Positions 29,513 through 40,299 of a stretch of DNA of 64,000 nt are shown here, in pieces. The DNA comes from an uncultured Acidobacteriota bacterium (GTDB lineage: Bacteria; Acidobacteriota; UBA6911). The stretch lies in the NCBI GenBank assembly GCA_964534795.1, contig CAZHQK010000022.1:384-64383 (forward strand), in the 5' to 3' direction. Both the position numbers and the translations under genes were made by a program. The notes under the pieces were generated by a model that worked only from the letters and a program-made list of their open reading frames with translations, made no database searches and was not told where the DNA came from. Numbering within the stretch: the stretch's first letter is position 1; the number at the start of each line of letters is the position of its first letter.

Positions 29513-30190
29513 CTAGATGCCGCGGATCTTCCAGGGAAGGCTCAGAATCCAGAAGATCGCAAGCGCCACGAACTCGAGCGACACGATGTACCAGGGCCAG
29601 GGCCCCAGCCAGTCGAGCAGGGATGGTTGAGCCGGAGGGCGCATCAGATAGCCGTAGTTCCAGCCGAAAGCCAGATCGAGGCCGCCGACGAAGACGAGGT
29701 AGAAATTGGCGGCAGCCATCATGCGCACGATGCTGCCCGGCCGTGGGCGGAAGCCGCGGACCGCAATCAGGTAGGCGATCGCCAGCAGGATCGAGCCGTG
29801 CGCCCAGTAGAACAGCACGAAATCCCATGATGGGAAACCCAGCGGCAGGTCGGGTGTCAGAACGGCCTGCAACGTGCCCCCCAGCCCCCAGAAATAGGCG
29901 ATCTCGGCCGCGAGCTGCCGGCGCAGAATCAGGGCCGCCACGCAGGCCGCCAGGACCCAGTGGCACAGCTCCAGCGGGAGCGAGTATTCCCAGGTGAATC
30001 CGCCCTGATGGGCGAGGCGCGCGTAATTTGCCGCGGCCGAGCCGATCAAGACCGCCGCCAGCAGGCGGCCGATCCACGCGCACACGCGGGGGCTCCCCCG
30101 CCTCCCCGCCCGGATGATCGCCGCGCCGAGCACGGCCAGCACAAGAAGCGCGGCGAGGTGATCCTGGCCGAAGATGCGAAACTCGCGCAT
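29513..30190 (-). CDS. YwaF/TIGR02206 family membrane protein
   Basis: LPLELC, QAVLTPDL, NYGYL...P...SLLD.LGPWPWY; start could be 30211. Confidence 0.88.
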   Translation of the reverse strand: MREFRIFGQDHLAALLVLAVLGAAIIRAGRRGSPRVCAWIGRLLAAVLIGSAAANYARLAHQGGFTWEYSLPLELCHWVLAACVAALILRRQLAAEIAYFWGLGGTLQAVLTPDLPLGFPSWDFVLFYWAHGSILLAIAYLIAVRGFRPRPGSIVRMMAAANFYLVFVGGLDLAFGWNYGYLMRPPAQPSLLDWLGPWPWYIVSLEFVALAIFWILSLPWKIRGI

Positions 30191-30229
30191 GCCGCCCGAC
30201 CCTTGTCCCATGGTTTATCATTCAGCCGG

Positions 30230-30901
30230 ATGCAAAGCTATCGTCAGTCACTGGAAGCCCTGGATCGCTGGTTCTCTTCCATTGTGAACGCCTACCCGGG
30301 CCGGATGCAATGCCGGCTCGGCTGCGCCTCCTGCTGCTACGGGCTGTGGGACGTCTCGCTGCCCGACGCCTTCCTGGCAGCCGAGGGGATTCGCCGGCTG
30401 CCGCCGGCCGTGCTCGATGCGGTGCGCGCACGGGCGTCGGAGATTCAACGGACGATCCGGCGGCTGGCGCCGGAATTGACCTCGCCATATTTTCTTGACG
30501 CGCTCGGCGAAGAAGGGATCGATCGCATCGTCGAGGCCGCAGGCAGCCCCGGGTGTCCTTTCCTGGGGAACGGGGACAGGTGCCTCATTTATGAATACAG
30601 ACCGCTTGCCTGCCGCCTCGAGGGAGTGCCCATGGTGGATCTCGGCGACGGGCCTTTCGGAGACTGGTGCGAGCTGAACTTCACTGACGGGATTCCGGAC
30701 GACGCGCGTCGCGATCTGGCTCTCGACTATGCCGGGCTGCAGGAGATGGAGGACAGCCTGGGCGAGCGGATCGCCGTCGAAGTGCTCGGCAGGCAGGGCG
30801 CGGGCATCACGATCTTTCTGCCCTCGGTGGCGGCGGAGTTCGAAAGCTTCTGGCGAATGCACCTGGGGCGAGCTCTCGAGATTTTGCAAGGGGAGCCGTG
30901 A
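30230..30901 (+). CDS. YkgJ family CxxCxxCC Fe-S/zinc cluster protein
   Basis: CRLGCASCC, CPFL....CLIYEYRPLACR. Confidence 0.88.
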   Translation: MQSYRQSLEALDRWFSSIVNAYPGRMQCRLGCASCCYGLWDVSLPDAFLAAEGIRRLPPAVLDAVRARASEIQRTIRRLAPELTSPYFLDALGEEGIDRIVEAAGSPGCPFLGNGDRCLIYEYRPLACRLEGVPMVDLGDGPFGDWCELNFTDGIPDDARRDLALDYAGLQEMEDSLGERIAVEVLGRQGAGITIFLPSVAAEFESFWRMHLGRALEILQGEP

Positions 30902-31085
30902 TCCTGCGCGATCGAGGCTCGTTCAACGCGGCGCGGCTATTTCCCGGTTGACGATTTCTGTGCCGACCTTTCAGGGCTCGCCGGGCCCATTCGCCGGCCA
31001 GGCCCTGCATGGGTCGGCCCAATGGATGCGAGATGATCGTCCGGGCGGAAAACGCAGGTCCCGCAGGAGGCGCTACAGGCGCAAA

Positions 31086-31278
31086 GGTCTGCCGGCCCTC
31101 CGGGGCTTGACTGATCGATACGCTCCTTTCCGGGGGTTCGCCTGCGGCTCACCCCCGGCTACCGGCTCAGGGCCCCTGCCGGGGCCTTATGGTCGCCCCG
31201 AACCGCATCGCCGCGATTTCCGACGCTTGGCCTTCGGCTCACCCCCGGCTACCGGCTCAGGGCCCCTGCCGGGGCCGG
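31086..31278 (+). repeat. Family C ~100-bp REP/MITE-like element plus partial tandem copy
   Basis: 31086-31186 full unit (GCCGGCCCTCCGGGGC...CCGGGGGTTCGCCTGCGGCTCACCCCCGGCTA...GGCCCCTGCCGGGGCC); 3' half repeated at 31230-31278. Confidence 0.9.
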
Positions 31279-31474
31279 TGATCGCGATCCCGCGCGGGGT
31301 CCGCGGGTGCGGACGGCGCGCTGCGCTGTCGCATGAGCGTCCTGCCCGATGGCCGCGACGCGTGCTTTTGGGCACGAAATGAGGCTCCGCAGAAGCCGGT
31401 ACGGGAAAGCCCGAGGCGCAAGCTCCGGGAACGCGGCGGTAACCACAATGAGCCCTGAAAGGGCGGCACAGGAC

Positions 31475-32428
31475 TCAGAAGGGCAGCGCGGTCCCGAGCT
31501 TGGCCTTGCGCGCAGCCTGGTAGATCCTGCCGGCGAAAGCCACGTCTTCCAGCGCTATCCCTCCCGATGCGAAAAGTGTGATCTCGGAATCGTCCTCGCG
31601 GCCGGGGAAATCGCCGATGACGACCAGCCCGAGTTCGCGCGCGTCCTCCCAATAGAATGCCTCGGCCTCCACGGCGCGCGCCAGGTCGCCCTTTTCCATC
31701 TTCGCCTGCTCGAGTGAATCGACGACGACGCAGGCGCTGCGGCGCACGGCTTCCACGTCGATCTCCTGCCGGGAGAGGGAATTGGCGCCTATCGCGTTGA
31801 CGTGCGTTCCCTTGGCGAGCCACTCGCCGCAGAGCACCGGCTCGCGCGCCGTGGTCGCCGTGACGACGATGTCCATGTCGCGCACCGCTTCCTCCGGTGC
31901 GGAAGCAGGCGTCACCGTCAGCCCGAGCGCTTCGCTCATTTCCCTGCAGAAGCGCTCGCGCCTTTCATGGTCGCGCCCGTAGGCGACGATCTGCCGGATG
32001 GGCCGGACGGCGCAGATGGCCTCGAGCTGCGCGCGCGCCTGAAATCCGGTTCCGATGATTCCCAGGCGGGTGACCTCGGGGCGCGCCATGTACTTGGTCG
32101 CCACGGCGCTGGCCGCGCCCGTGCGCAGCTGGCCCAGGCGGTTGGCCTCCATGACGGCGAGCAGCCGGCCGTCCTGGGCGTCGTATAGATGGACGAGAAA
32201 GCGCGCGCCGTCCTCCGTCGAGGTGTAGCATTTCAGGCCGGCCAGGCCCAGCGTGGGCAGCGAAGCGCTCATGACGTGCAGCAGGCCGTTCTGCAGCCGG
32301 CAGCGCCGCCGGGGCGCGAGCTCGGTTTTACCTTCGCCCTGCAGGCGGAAGGCCTCCTCGACCGCCTCGAGCGCCATGGCCATGGTGGCCAGCTTCTCGA
32401 CCTGGGCCTCGCTCAGAAAAATAGCCAT
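31475..32428 (-). CDS. Ornithine cyclodeaminase / mu-crystallin family protein
   Basis: LRTGAAS, GIIGTG.QA, TATTA, HVNAIG, SGGIALED. Confidence 0.92.
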   Translation of the reverse strand: MAIFLSEAQVEKLATMAMALEAVEEAFRLQGEGKTELAPRRRCRLQNGLLHVMSASLPTLGLAGLKCYTSTEDGARFLVHLYDAQDGRLLAVMEANRLGQLRTGAASAVATKYMARPEVTRLGIIGTGFQARAQLEAICAVRPIRQIVAYGRDHERRERFCREMSEALGLTVTPASAPEEAVRDMDIVVTATTAREPVLCGEWLAKGTHVNAIGANSLSRQEIDVEAVRRSACVVVDSLEQAKMEKGDLARAVEAEAFYWEDARELGLVVIGDFPGREDDSEITLFASGGIALEDVAFAGRIYQAARKAKLGTALPF

Positions 32429-32640
32429 ACGTTCCTCCGCTCTCCCGTCAGAATGACATGGATCTGCGATCCCATGTGCGTTTTCACTATACTGGAAGCG
32501 CGCTTCCTGCGCCAAGCAGAGTTTTCGCGAACCGGCGGGCCGGGCACGATGCCGCCGGCAGTGGCATTCCGCTGCGGCGCGTGGTATACATGGAAGCCCA
32601 GACTGGTCGCAAGTCCAAAAACCCACAGGAGCGAGCCATC

Positions 32641-33963
32641 ATGATTATCACGGAAACACGAACCGGGCTTTTCGCCGACCGGATCCATCGAATCGGCACG
32701 GAGAATGCCTTCAAGATCGGACCGCACATCACGAAAGTCGAGAGCGCCGGGCACAAGGTCGTGCGCTTGAACCTCGGCGAGCCTGATTTCGACATCCCGC
32801 CTTTCGTCAGGGACGAGGTGAAGCGCCAGCTCGATCTCGGCAACACGCATTACACCGACCCCAAGGGCATCCTGTCCTTGCGCAAGGCGATCGCGAACCA
32901 GATGAAGGAGACGCGCGGGCTGGATGTCTCTCCCGAGCAGGTGGTGATATTCCCGGGAGGCAAGCCCTCGATCGGATTCACCCAGCAGGCGTACTGCAAC
33001 CCGGGCGACGAGGTCATCTATCCCAGCCCCGGCTTCCCCATCTACGAGTCGTTCCCGGCTTACCTGGGGGCGGTGCCGGTGCCGCTGCATCTTTCCGAGG
33101 AGCGCGATTTCACCTTTTCCGCCGAGCAGCTCGAGACGCTGATCACTTCCAAGACCCGGGTGATCATCCTCAACTTCCCGTCGAATCCGACCGGCGGCGT
33201 GGCCACGCCCGAGCAGCTGCGCAGCATCGCCGACGTGATCCTCAGAAAGTGCGGCCCGAACGTGCGCGTCTACTCTGACGAGATCTACGAGTACATCGTT
33301 TTCGACGGGCGCAAGCATTTCTCGATCGCTTCCATTCCGGGGATGCGGGAGCGGACGATCATCAGCAGCGGCTGCTCCAAGACCTTCGCCTGGACCGGCG
33401 GCCGCATCGGCTATGCCGTGTTCCCGACGGAGGAGGAGGCGAATGTCTTCAAGAATCTCAATATCAATTACTTTTCCTGCATCCCCCCGTTCACTCAGGA
33501 AGGGGCGCGGGTGGCGTTCGAGCATCCGGAAAGCAAGGCCGCGATCGCGCGCATGGTCGCCACCTTCCAGCAGCGGCGCGACGTCATCGTCAAGAAGGTG
33601 AACGAAATCGACGGAATACGCTGCAAGACCCCCGGCGGAGCGTTCTATCTCTTCCCCAATATCGCCGGGGTGTGCGAGAAGCTGGGCGCCATCGAGGCGC
33701 ACCACCGGCTGCCCGATGAGTTGCGCCGGCGATCCTCGCCGTCGACGCTGTTCCAGATGTTCCTGCTCTATCACCATCACGTGGCGACGCTCGACCGCAA
33801 CTCCTTCGGCCGGATCGGTGCGGAAGGGCAGCACTATCTGAGGATTTCGATCGCTTCGGAGCTCGGCGAGCTGGAGGAGGGCGTGCGGCGGCTGGCGGCG
33901 GCCGCAGCCGACAAGGCGGGATTCGAGAAGTTCATGAACACGCTGGCCCTGGAGGTGATCTGA
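32641..33963 (+). CDS. Class I/II PLP aminotransferase (aspartate aminotransferase-like)
   Basis: LGEPDF, NFPSNPTG, SDEIY, SKTFAWTGGRIG, PGGAFY. Confidence 0.92.
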   Translation: MIITETRTGLFADRIHRIGTENAFKIGPHITKVESAGHKVVRLNLGEPDFDIPPFVRDEVKRQLDLGNTHYTDPKGILSLRKAIANQMKETRGLDVSPEQVVIFPGGKPSIGFTQQAYCNPGDEVIYPSPGFPIYESFPAYLGAVPVPLHLSEERDFTFSAEQLETLITSKTRVIILNFPSNPTGGVATPEQLRSIADVILRKCGPNVRVYSDEIYEYIVFDGRKHFSIASIPGMRERTIISSGCSKTFAWTGGRIGYAVFPTEEEANVFKNLNINYFSCIPPFTQEGARVAFEHPESKAAIARMVATFQQRRDVIVKKVNEIDGIRCKTPGGAFYLFPNIAGVCEKLGAIEAHHRLPDELRRRSSPSTLFQMFLLYHHHVATLDRNSFGRIGAEGQHYLRISIASELGELEEGVRRLAAAAADKAGFEKFMNTLALEVI

Positions 33964-33997
33964 AGCCGGACGCCGCCGGGCATGAAGCGGCGGCGCG

Positions 33998-35716
33998 TCA
34001 GTCGCGACCCGGGCGCTCGTAGACGACCTTGCCCCCGAGGATCGTGACGTCGGCGCGCACGCGGCGCAGCTCGGCGGGCTCGACGGCGAAAATGTCGGCG
34101 TCGAGCAGCACCATGTCGGCGAGCTTTCCCGGCGCGATCGTGCCCTTTTCGCGTTCCTGGAACTCCGCGTAGGCGGCTCCGGCGGTGAAGGCGGCGATCG
34201 CCTCCTCGAGGCCGATTTTCTGTTCGGGCACCCAGCCGGCGGGATGCCTGCCGTCCAGTGTGGCGCGCGTGACCGCGGCGTAAAGCCCCTGCAAGGGGTC
34301 GAGCGGCGCCACCGGCCAGTCGGAGCCGAAGGCCAGCCGCACTTTGTGCTCCAGGAAGGTGCGGAACGCGTAGGTGGTCTTGATGCGCTCCGGCCCGATG
34401 CGCCTTTCGGCCCAGCGCCCGTCGTCGATGGCGTGGTAGGGCTGCATGGAGGCGATCACGTCGAGGTCGGCGAAACGGCGGAAGTCCCTGGGGGCGACGT
34501 GCTGGGCGTGTTCGATGCGCCAGCGCCGGTCGGCGGGACCGTTCGCCTTGCGGATCTCCTCGAAGAGGTCGAGCACGATCGAAATGGCCTGGTCGCCGAT
34601 GGCGTGAATGCACAGCTGCAACCCCGCCCGATCGCCTTGAGTCAGGCGGTCGCGCATGGCGTCCAGGGGAAGCATCTCGTCCGCGAGCAGGCCGCGGCTC
34701 GAGGGATCGTCGGCGTACGGCTCGAAGAAGTACGCCGTGGTGGAGCCGAGCGACCCGTCCGCGAAGCCCTTCAGGCCGCCCAGGCGCAGATAGGAGGATC
34801 CGAAGGCGCGCCGGATGCCGATCCGGGCCTGGTCCTGCCACTCGGTTTCCATGGGCACCGCGTAGATGCGCGTCGTCAATTCCCCGCGCTCCGCCAGCTC
34901 CATGTAGAGGCGGATATCGGAGTATGTGGGATTCATGTCCTGGACGCTGGTGACGCCGTGGGAAGCCGCATACTCCATGGCGCGGCGGGCGGCGCGCAGC
35001 CGGCGCTGCGGCGACGGCGCGGGGATGACCTTGTTGACGTACGACATGGCGGCGTCCTTGAGCAGGCCGGTGGGATTGCCCTGCGCATCCCTCACGATCA
35101 CCCCGCCGGGCGGGTCGGCCGTGCGCGCCGTGATGCCGGCGAGCTTCAGGGCCGCGGAGTTGGCTAGCGCCATGTGGCCGTCGTAACGGTCGACGAACAC
35201 GGGCGTCTCCCCCGTAAGCGGGTCGATCAACTCCCTGGAGGGCAGCACCGGAGGAGACCATGCCTGCTCGTCCCAATTGCCTCCCAGAACCCATTCGCCG
35301 GGGGCGGAGCGCGCCCGCTCGGCGATGCGCCGGGCGAATTCTTCCGGGCCGGAGGTCGTGCGCAGGTCCACGTTGTCGAGCTGCATTCCGCCCGGGATGA
35401 AGTGCACGTGCGCGTCGTTGAATCCGGGCAGGAGCGAGCGGCCGCGGGCGTCGATGGTGCGCGTCTGCGGGCCGCGCCAGGAGTCGATCTCGGCGGCCGC
35501 GCCCACGGCGACGATGCGCTCGCCGAGGACGGCCACGGCTTCGGCCCGCGGCCGCGCCGGGTCCACGGTCCATACCCTGGCGTTGGTAACGATCAGATCG
35601 GCGGCCGGCTTGGTGGCGGCCGAACGGCAGGCGTCGGTCATGATGGCCATCCCCAATAGCGACAAGGGCAACGCCGCGCGCGGCCCCAGAAGGAATCGAA
35701 GCATCCAAGGACTCAT
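33998..35716 (-). CDS. Amidohydrolase 3 (YtcJ-like)
   Basis: PGFNDAHVH, K.FADGSLGS, HAIGD, RIEHAQ, FGSDWP, GKLAD. Confidence 0.92.
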   Translation of the reverse strand: MSPWMLRFLLGPRAALPLSLLGMAIMTDACRSAATKPAADLIVTNARVWTVDPARPRAEAVAVLGERIVAVGAAAEIDSWRGPQTRTIDARGRSLLPGFNDAHVHFIPGGMQLDNVDLRTTSGPEEFARRIAERARSAPGEWVLGGNWDEQAWSPPVLPSRELIDPLTGETPVFVDRYDGHMALANSAALKLAGITARTADPPGGVIVRDAQGNPTGLLKDAAMSYVNKVIPAPSPQRRLRAARRAMEYAASHGVTSVQDMNPTYSDIRLYMELAERGELTTRIYAVPMETEWQDQARIGIRRAFGSSYLRLGGLKGFADGSLGSTTAYFFEPYADDPSSRGLLADEMLPLDAMRDRLTQGDRAGLQLCIHAIGDQAISIVLDLFEEIRKANGPADRRWRIEHAQHVAPRDFRRFADLDVIASMQPYHAIDDGRWAERRIGPERIKTTYAFRTFLEHKVRLAFGSDWPVAPLDPLQGLYAAVTRATLDGRHPAGWVPEQKIGLEEAIAAFTAGAAYAEFQEREKGTIAPGKLADMVLLDADIFAVEPAELRRVRADVTILGGKVVYERPGRD

Positions 35717-36234
35717 GATGCACTCCCGGACAGGCGCTTCACCATGAACACGGTCTCGATTTCGTACCGGTCGATTCGGAATGCGTGACGGCCGCGGGCC
35801 TCGTAGCCGCTGCGCGCGTAGAAACCCGAGGCCGAAGGGGAAGCGTAGACGAAGATCTCGCGGAAGAACGCCGGCGGAACCATGGCCTCCAAGTGCTGCA
35901 GCATGAGACTCCCGATGCCGCGGCGCTGGAGATCCGGGGCCACGCACAGCATGCGGATCTCGTTCCAGTCGATCGCGCCCACGCCGGCAGGCCGCCCTTC
36001 CATTGCGCATACGGCGACGTAATAGAGGCGGGCGCGCTCCAGCATGGTTTCCGGCCGCTCGCCTTGCGCCGCCGCGACGCGCAACGCGGCCGGCAGGACA
36101 GGGTCGCGCTCGATGCAGGCGCGCACGAGTGCGGAGCACGCCGCGGCCTCCGCGGGCCGCAGCGGGCGCACCGCGGGCGCCCGGGCCGGGATCGGACGGG
36201 CGTCTTGCGCCTCATGGAACGTAGGCGATCGCAT
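35713..36234 (-). CDS. GNAT family N-acetyltransferase (start uncertain)
   Basis: V.PDLQRRGIG..M, A.GFYA..GY. Confidence 0.8.
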   Translation of the reverse strand: MRSPTFHEAQDARPIPARAPAVRPLRPAEAAACSALVRACIERDPVLPAALRVAAAQGERPETMLERARLYYVAVCAMEGRPAGVGAIDWNEIRMLCVAPDLQRRGIGSLMLQHLEAMVPPAFFREIFVYASPSASGFYARSGYEARGRHAFRIDRYEIETVFMVKRLSGSAS

Positions 36235-36616
36235 CGATCTCCACGCGCAGTCCCGGCCGCGGCAGCGCCCGGACCTCGACCGTGGTGCGCGCCGGCCGGT
36301 TGCTGCCGAACATGCGCTCGTAGACGCGGTTCATGCGGGAAAATTCCGTGATGTCGGTCAGGTAGACGCCGCAGCGCAGCACATGGTCGAGGCTCGAACC
36401 GGCGGCCTGCAGAATGGCCGCGATGTTCTTGAGCACCTGCTCGGTCTGACTCTCGATATCCGGGCCGGCCAGATCTCCGGTCGCCGGATCGACGGCTCCC
36501 TGCCCGGAGACGAAGATCAGGCGGTCGAAAGCGACCGCCGGCGAATAGGGGCCCGCCGGTTTGGGCAGGCCTTCGGATCGGATGAAACGGTGGTTTTCGC
36601 TTTCGGGCATCGGCAC
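36212..36616 (-). CDS. RidA/YjgF family protein
   Basis: GPYSPAV, FVSGQ, PARTTVEV..LP...VEIDAIA. Confidence 0.93.
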   Translation of the reverse strand: MPMPESENHRFIRSEGLPKPAGPYSPAVAFDRLIFVSGQGAVDPATGDLAGPDIESQTEQVLKNIAAILQAAGSSLDHVLRCGVYLTDITEFSRMNRVYERMFGSNRPARTTVEVRALPRPGLRVEIDAIAYVP

Positions 36617-36752
36617 GCTCCGCGAGTTTTGCCAACGCCTCCCACGTTATGCGATCGTCCCGCGCGAATCAAGCTTTCCCGACTGGATCTTACCCTGCAA
36701 TGCCGGGCTTGGTATACTTGGAGGCGCCCGACGGCACGAGGAGCATACGCCC

Positions 36753-37271
36753 ATGCACAACCGACCCGGGATAACCGCCCTGCTGCTCGCCCTGACCCTG
36801 CCGGCGCTTTCGAACTGCGGCGGCCGCGGGCCGAAGGGTGTGGCCGAAATCGGCGCGCCCGCGCCCCTGTTCGAGCTCGAAGACCTGAGCGGCCGCAATG
36901 TCGCGCTCGAGAGCTATCGCGGCAAGGTGGTCCTGCTGGATTTCTGGGCGACCTGGTGCACGCCCTGCCGGCGCACCATGCCCGTCCTCGAGAGGCTGCA
37001 GAAGGAATTCGCCGGCGATCTCGTGCTGCTCGCGATCAATCTGCAGGAGCCCGCCGAAGAGGTGCGCGACTACGTCATCCGGCGCGGCATCGAATCGACG
37101 GTCCTGCTGGACCTCGACGGCCGGGTCGGCTACGCCTACCGGGCGCAGGCCATTCCGATGCAGGTTCTGATCGACCGCCAGGGGGTCGTCTACGATATCC
37201 TTGTGGGCCTCAGCCCCACATTGGAGCGCGACCTGCGCGCCGAAATCCAGAAGCTGATCGCGGCCGACTAG
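36753..37271 (+). CDS. TlpA/ResA thioredoxin-like lipoprotein
   Basis: LSNC lipobox-like; DFWATWCTPC. Confidence 0.9.
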   Translation: MHNRPGITALLLALTLPALSNCGGRGPKGVAEIGAPAPLFELEDLSGRNVALESYRGKVVLLDFWATWCTPCRRTMPVLERLQKEFAGDLVLLAINLQEPAEEVRDYVIRRGIESTVLLDLDGRVGYAYRAQAIPMQVLIDRQGVVYDILVGLSPTLERDLRAEIQKLIAAD

Positions 37272-37272
37272 G

Positions 37273-37358
37273 AAAATAGGGACGCTCACCGTTTTCGATG
37301 AGCATGCCCCGCGGGCAATGAATCTCGTCGTCGCGAAAAATAGGTGAGCGTCCCTGAT
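37273..37358. repeat. Family B inverted-repeat doublet
   Basis: AAAATAGGGACGCTCACCGTTTT ... GGTGAGCGTCCCT between convergent genes. Confidence 0.85.
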
Positions 37359-40088
37359 TCATTCGCGCGCTATGCGGTCGGCGTCGACGCACTCGACGGG
37401 CCCGAGCGCGAGCGCGGTCAGGCCGGCTTCGATGCTTCGGCGGTCGCCGACGGCGACCACCACCATTTCCCCGGGCCTCAGGTGCTTTTCGGCCGCGCGC
37501 CGGACATCCTGCGCGCCGACCGCGTCAATCTGCGCGGGCAGGTCGCGGTAGTACTCGCGCGGCAGGTTGTGGACGAAGAGCCGGCCCACGCTCGCGGCTG
37601 CGTCGGCGGTGGTCTCGAACATTCCGGGGAGCGAGCGCGCCAGGGAATCCTTGGCCCTGGAGAGTTCATCCGCGGTCGGCTCGCCGTTTCTCATGCCCTC
37701 GATCTCGCGGAAGATTTCGGCGACCGCGGCCGCCGTGGCGTCCGTGCGCACGCCGGTGGCGACCATGAAGGGTCCCGGGCCGCGGCGGAAGGCGAACGAC
37801 GACGAGGCGCCGTAGGTGAAGCCGTGGCGCTCGCGCAGGTTCATGTTGATGCGGCTGGTGAACAGTCCGCCGAGCGTGCTGTTCATCACCTCGATCGGGA
37901 CATAGTCCGGGTCGGAGCGCGCCGCCCCGGCGTGCCCGATGCGCAGCGCCGTTTGCGGCGCGCCCGGCTTGTCGACGATCAGCACACGGCGCGCCGCTGC
38001 GACCTTCGGAGGGGCCGCGGGCGCCGCATGCCCTTCGGCCCGCCACTCGCGCAGGAACCTCTCCGCCATGCGGCGCAGCTCTTCGGCGGTGACGTCGCCC
38101 GCGACCACCAGGGCGGCGTTCGCCGGGACATAACCGCTCCGCCAGAAGCTCCGGATCTCCTCCGGCGTCATCGCGCGCAGCGAGCGCTCCGTCCCCAACT
38201 CGGTGTAACCATAAGGATGGGCGTCGCCGTAGACCGCCCTGACGAAGGCCCGGTTGGCCAGCGCGGCGGGATTTTCCCTCTGCCTCAGGATCTCGGTGAG
38301 GCGGTCCTGGCGGATGCGTTCGATTTCCCGCTCGGGGAAAGCCGGGTGCAGGAGCAGGTCGGCGGCCAGTTCGAGCACCGCCTCCATGTTCCTGCGGAGG
38401 GAGCGGAAGGCCACGAAGGAGTAATCCATCGAGGAGCCGGTCGAGAGCTGCGCGCCCAGCCTGTCGGCTTCTTCTGCGATCTGCATGGCGTTCCTGGTCT
38501 CGGTGCCCTCGTCGAGCATTTCCGCCGCGAAGGAAGCCAGCCCCGGCCGATGCGGCGGATTGCGGTCGCCGCCGCCCAGGACGATCAGGTTGGCCGAGAC
38601 GACGGGGAGCGTGTGCTGCTCGAGGAGGAAAACGGTCAGGCCGTTGTCGAGCCGGAAAACCTCGGGCGCCGGCAGCCGCATGGGGGCTGCAGGCGCTGCG
38701 GCAGGGGGGCGGCTGCGCCACTCCTGCCCCGGCAATTCGCCCGCGACCGGCACTTCCGTTTCCGGCTCGGGCGGGCTCTTGGGGGGATCGTCGATGATCT
38801 TGCTTCCCGGAACCCCATGGACCACCACGCGCGCGCCCGGCTCCAGGTAGCGCCGGGCGGCGGCGCGCAGCGACTCGGGCGAAGCTTTGCGGTAGCGCTC
38901 GAGGTCGCGCGCCAAGTAGCCGGGATCGCCCAGGAAATGCTGGTACAGGTTCAGCCGGTCCGCGACCCCGCCGAACCCGCCCAGGCTTTCCAGCCCGTGG
39001 ATGATGGCGGCTTCGTAGGTGTTGCGCGCGGCTTCCGTTTCCTTCTCCGAGGGCCCGGCCTCGCGCAAGGCCTCGAGTTCTTCGTCGATCGCCCTTTCCA
39101 GCGTCTCCGGATCCACGCCCGGCTTGGCGGTCGCTTCGATGGCGAACACCGACCCGAGCGCGAGCGAGGTCTGGGAAGCGCTCACGTCCTGCGCCAGGCG
39201 CTTTTCGTAGACCAGGCTGCGGTAGAGCCGGCTGGACTTGCCCCTTCCGAGGATCTTGCCGATCAGGTCGCATTCCGCGTCGCCCGGCTGGAAGATGGGC
39301 GGCGTGATCCACGCCATGTAGACCCGCGGCAGCTCGACCTGGTCGGTGACGACGGCGCGCCGCTCGGCCGTGATCGCCGGGGTCTCGACGCGCATCCTCT
39401 GGATCGGGGGACCGGGAGGAATGGGGCCGAAGTACTTCTCGACCAGCTTCATGGTGTGCTCGGGATCGATGTCGCCGACGATGGCGAGGCTGGCGTTGTT
39501 GGGCGCGTAGTACAGCCTGAAGAACTCGCGCACGTCCGGCAGCCGGGCGGCCTCGATGTCGGCGTGCGATCCGATCACGGAAGCGTAATAGGGGTGATTC
39601 TCGGGGAACAGCAGGTGGAAGACCGCTTCCTGGACGAGGCCGTAGGGGACATTCTCGACGCTCTGGCGGCGCTCGTTGCGCACCACGTCGCGCTGGTTTT
39701 CGAGCTTGCGCGCGTCCAGCCGCTCCAGCAGGAAGCCCATGCGGTCGCTCTCGAGCCAGAGGGCGAGCTCCAGCCGGTCGGCAGGCAGGGTCTCGAAGTA
39801 GTTGGTGCGGTCGAAGTCGGTGGTGCCGTTGATTTCGCTGGCACCTGCGGCCTCGAGCAGCATGAAGTGCGCTTCGGGCTCCACGTGGGCGGATCCCTCG
39901 AACATCATGTGCTCGAAGAGGTGCGCGAAACCGGTGCGGCCGGGCCGCTCGTCGGCCGGGCCGACGTGGTACCAGACATTGACCGCCACCAGCGGCAGCC
40001 GGTGATCCTCGCTCAGAATGACGGTCAGGCCGTTGGCCAGACGGTGGCGCTCGAACTTGATTTCGGGTGTCTTGTATTCTGCAGTCAC
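37359..40088 (-). CDS. M16 family zinc peptidase (PqqL-like, two-lobed)
   Basis: GFAHLFEHMMFEGS (HXXEH), second lobe with LRE..G.TYG. Confidence 0.93.
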   Translation of the reverse strand: MTAEYKTPEIKFERHRLANGLTVILSEDHRLPLVAVNVWYHVGPADERPGRTGFAHLFEHMMFEGSAHVEPEAHFMLLEAAGASEINGTTDFDRTNYFETLPADRLELALWLESDRMGFLLERLDARKLENQRDVVRNERRQSVENVPYGLVQEAVFHLLFPENHPYYASVIGSHADIEAARLPDVREFFRLYYAPNNASLAIVGDIDPEHTMKLVEKYFGPIPPGPPIQRMRVETPAITAERRAVVTDQVELPRVYMAWITPPIFQPGDAECDLIGKILGRGKSSRLYRSLVYEKRLAQDVSASQTSLALGSVFAIEATAKPGVDPETLERAIDEELEALREAGPSEKETEAARNTYEAAIIHGLESLGGFGGVADRLNLYQHFLGDPGYLARDLERYRKASPESLRAAARRYLEPGARVVVHGVPGSKIIDDPPKSPPEPETEVPVAGELPGQEWRSRPPAAAPAAPMRLPAPEVFRLDNGLTVFLLEQHTLPVVSANLIVLGGGDRNPPHRPGLASFAAEMLDEGTETRNAMQIAEEADRLGAQLSTGSSMDYSFVAFRSLRRNMEAVLELAADLLLHPAFPEREIERIRQDRLTEILRQRENPAALANRAFVRAVYGDAHPYGYTELGTERSLRAMTPEEIRSFWRSGYVPANAALVVAGDVTAEELRRMAERFLREWRAEGHAAPAAPPKVAAARRVLIVDKPGAPQTALRIGHAGAARSDPDYVPIEVMNSTLGGLFTSRINMNLRERHGFTYGASSSFAFRRGPGPFMVATGVRTDATAAAVAEIFREIEGMRNGEPTADELSRAKDSLARSLPGMFETTADAAASVGRLFVHNLPREYYRDLPAQIDAVGAQDVRRAAEKHLRPGEMVVVAVGDRRSIEAGLTALALGPVECVDADRIARE

Positions 40089-40175
40089 GTTCTCTCCTGA
40101 CGATCGTGTGGGATTTGCGCTCGGCGCGAGCCGGAAGCAGAAAGATTACCACATCGGCTGCCGCAGGCTCAGCCT

Positions 40176-40204
40176 TTGACTCTCCTGCCTCTCTTGCATA
40201 ACAT
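40176..40204 (+). promoter_or_regulatory. sigma70-type promoter
   Basis: TTGACT-17 nt-TAACAT. Confidence 0.55.
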
Positions 40205-40299
40205 GGCGGGTCTGAGGAACACGCCCGGAGCCGGGGGACGGGGCCGGCGGCACGGACTTGCCCCGGTGCGCCCGGGTCGAAACAGAGGGGAGCCGACCC

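Noticed and set aside
37344-40100. 918-aa ORF opposite the M16 peptidase
   Set aside because: Antisense shadow of a well-supported gene.
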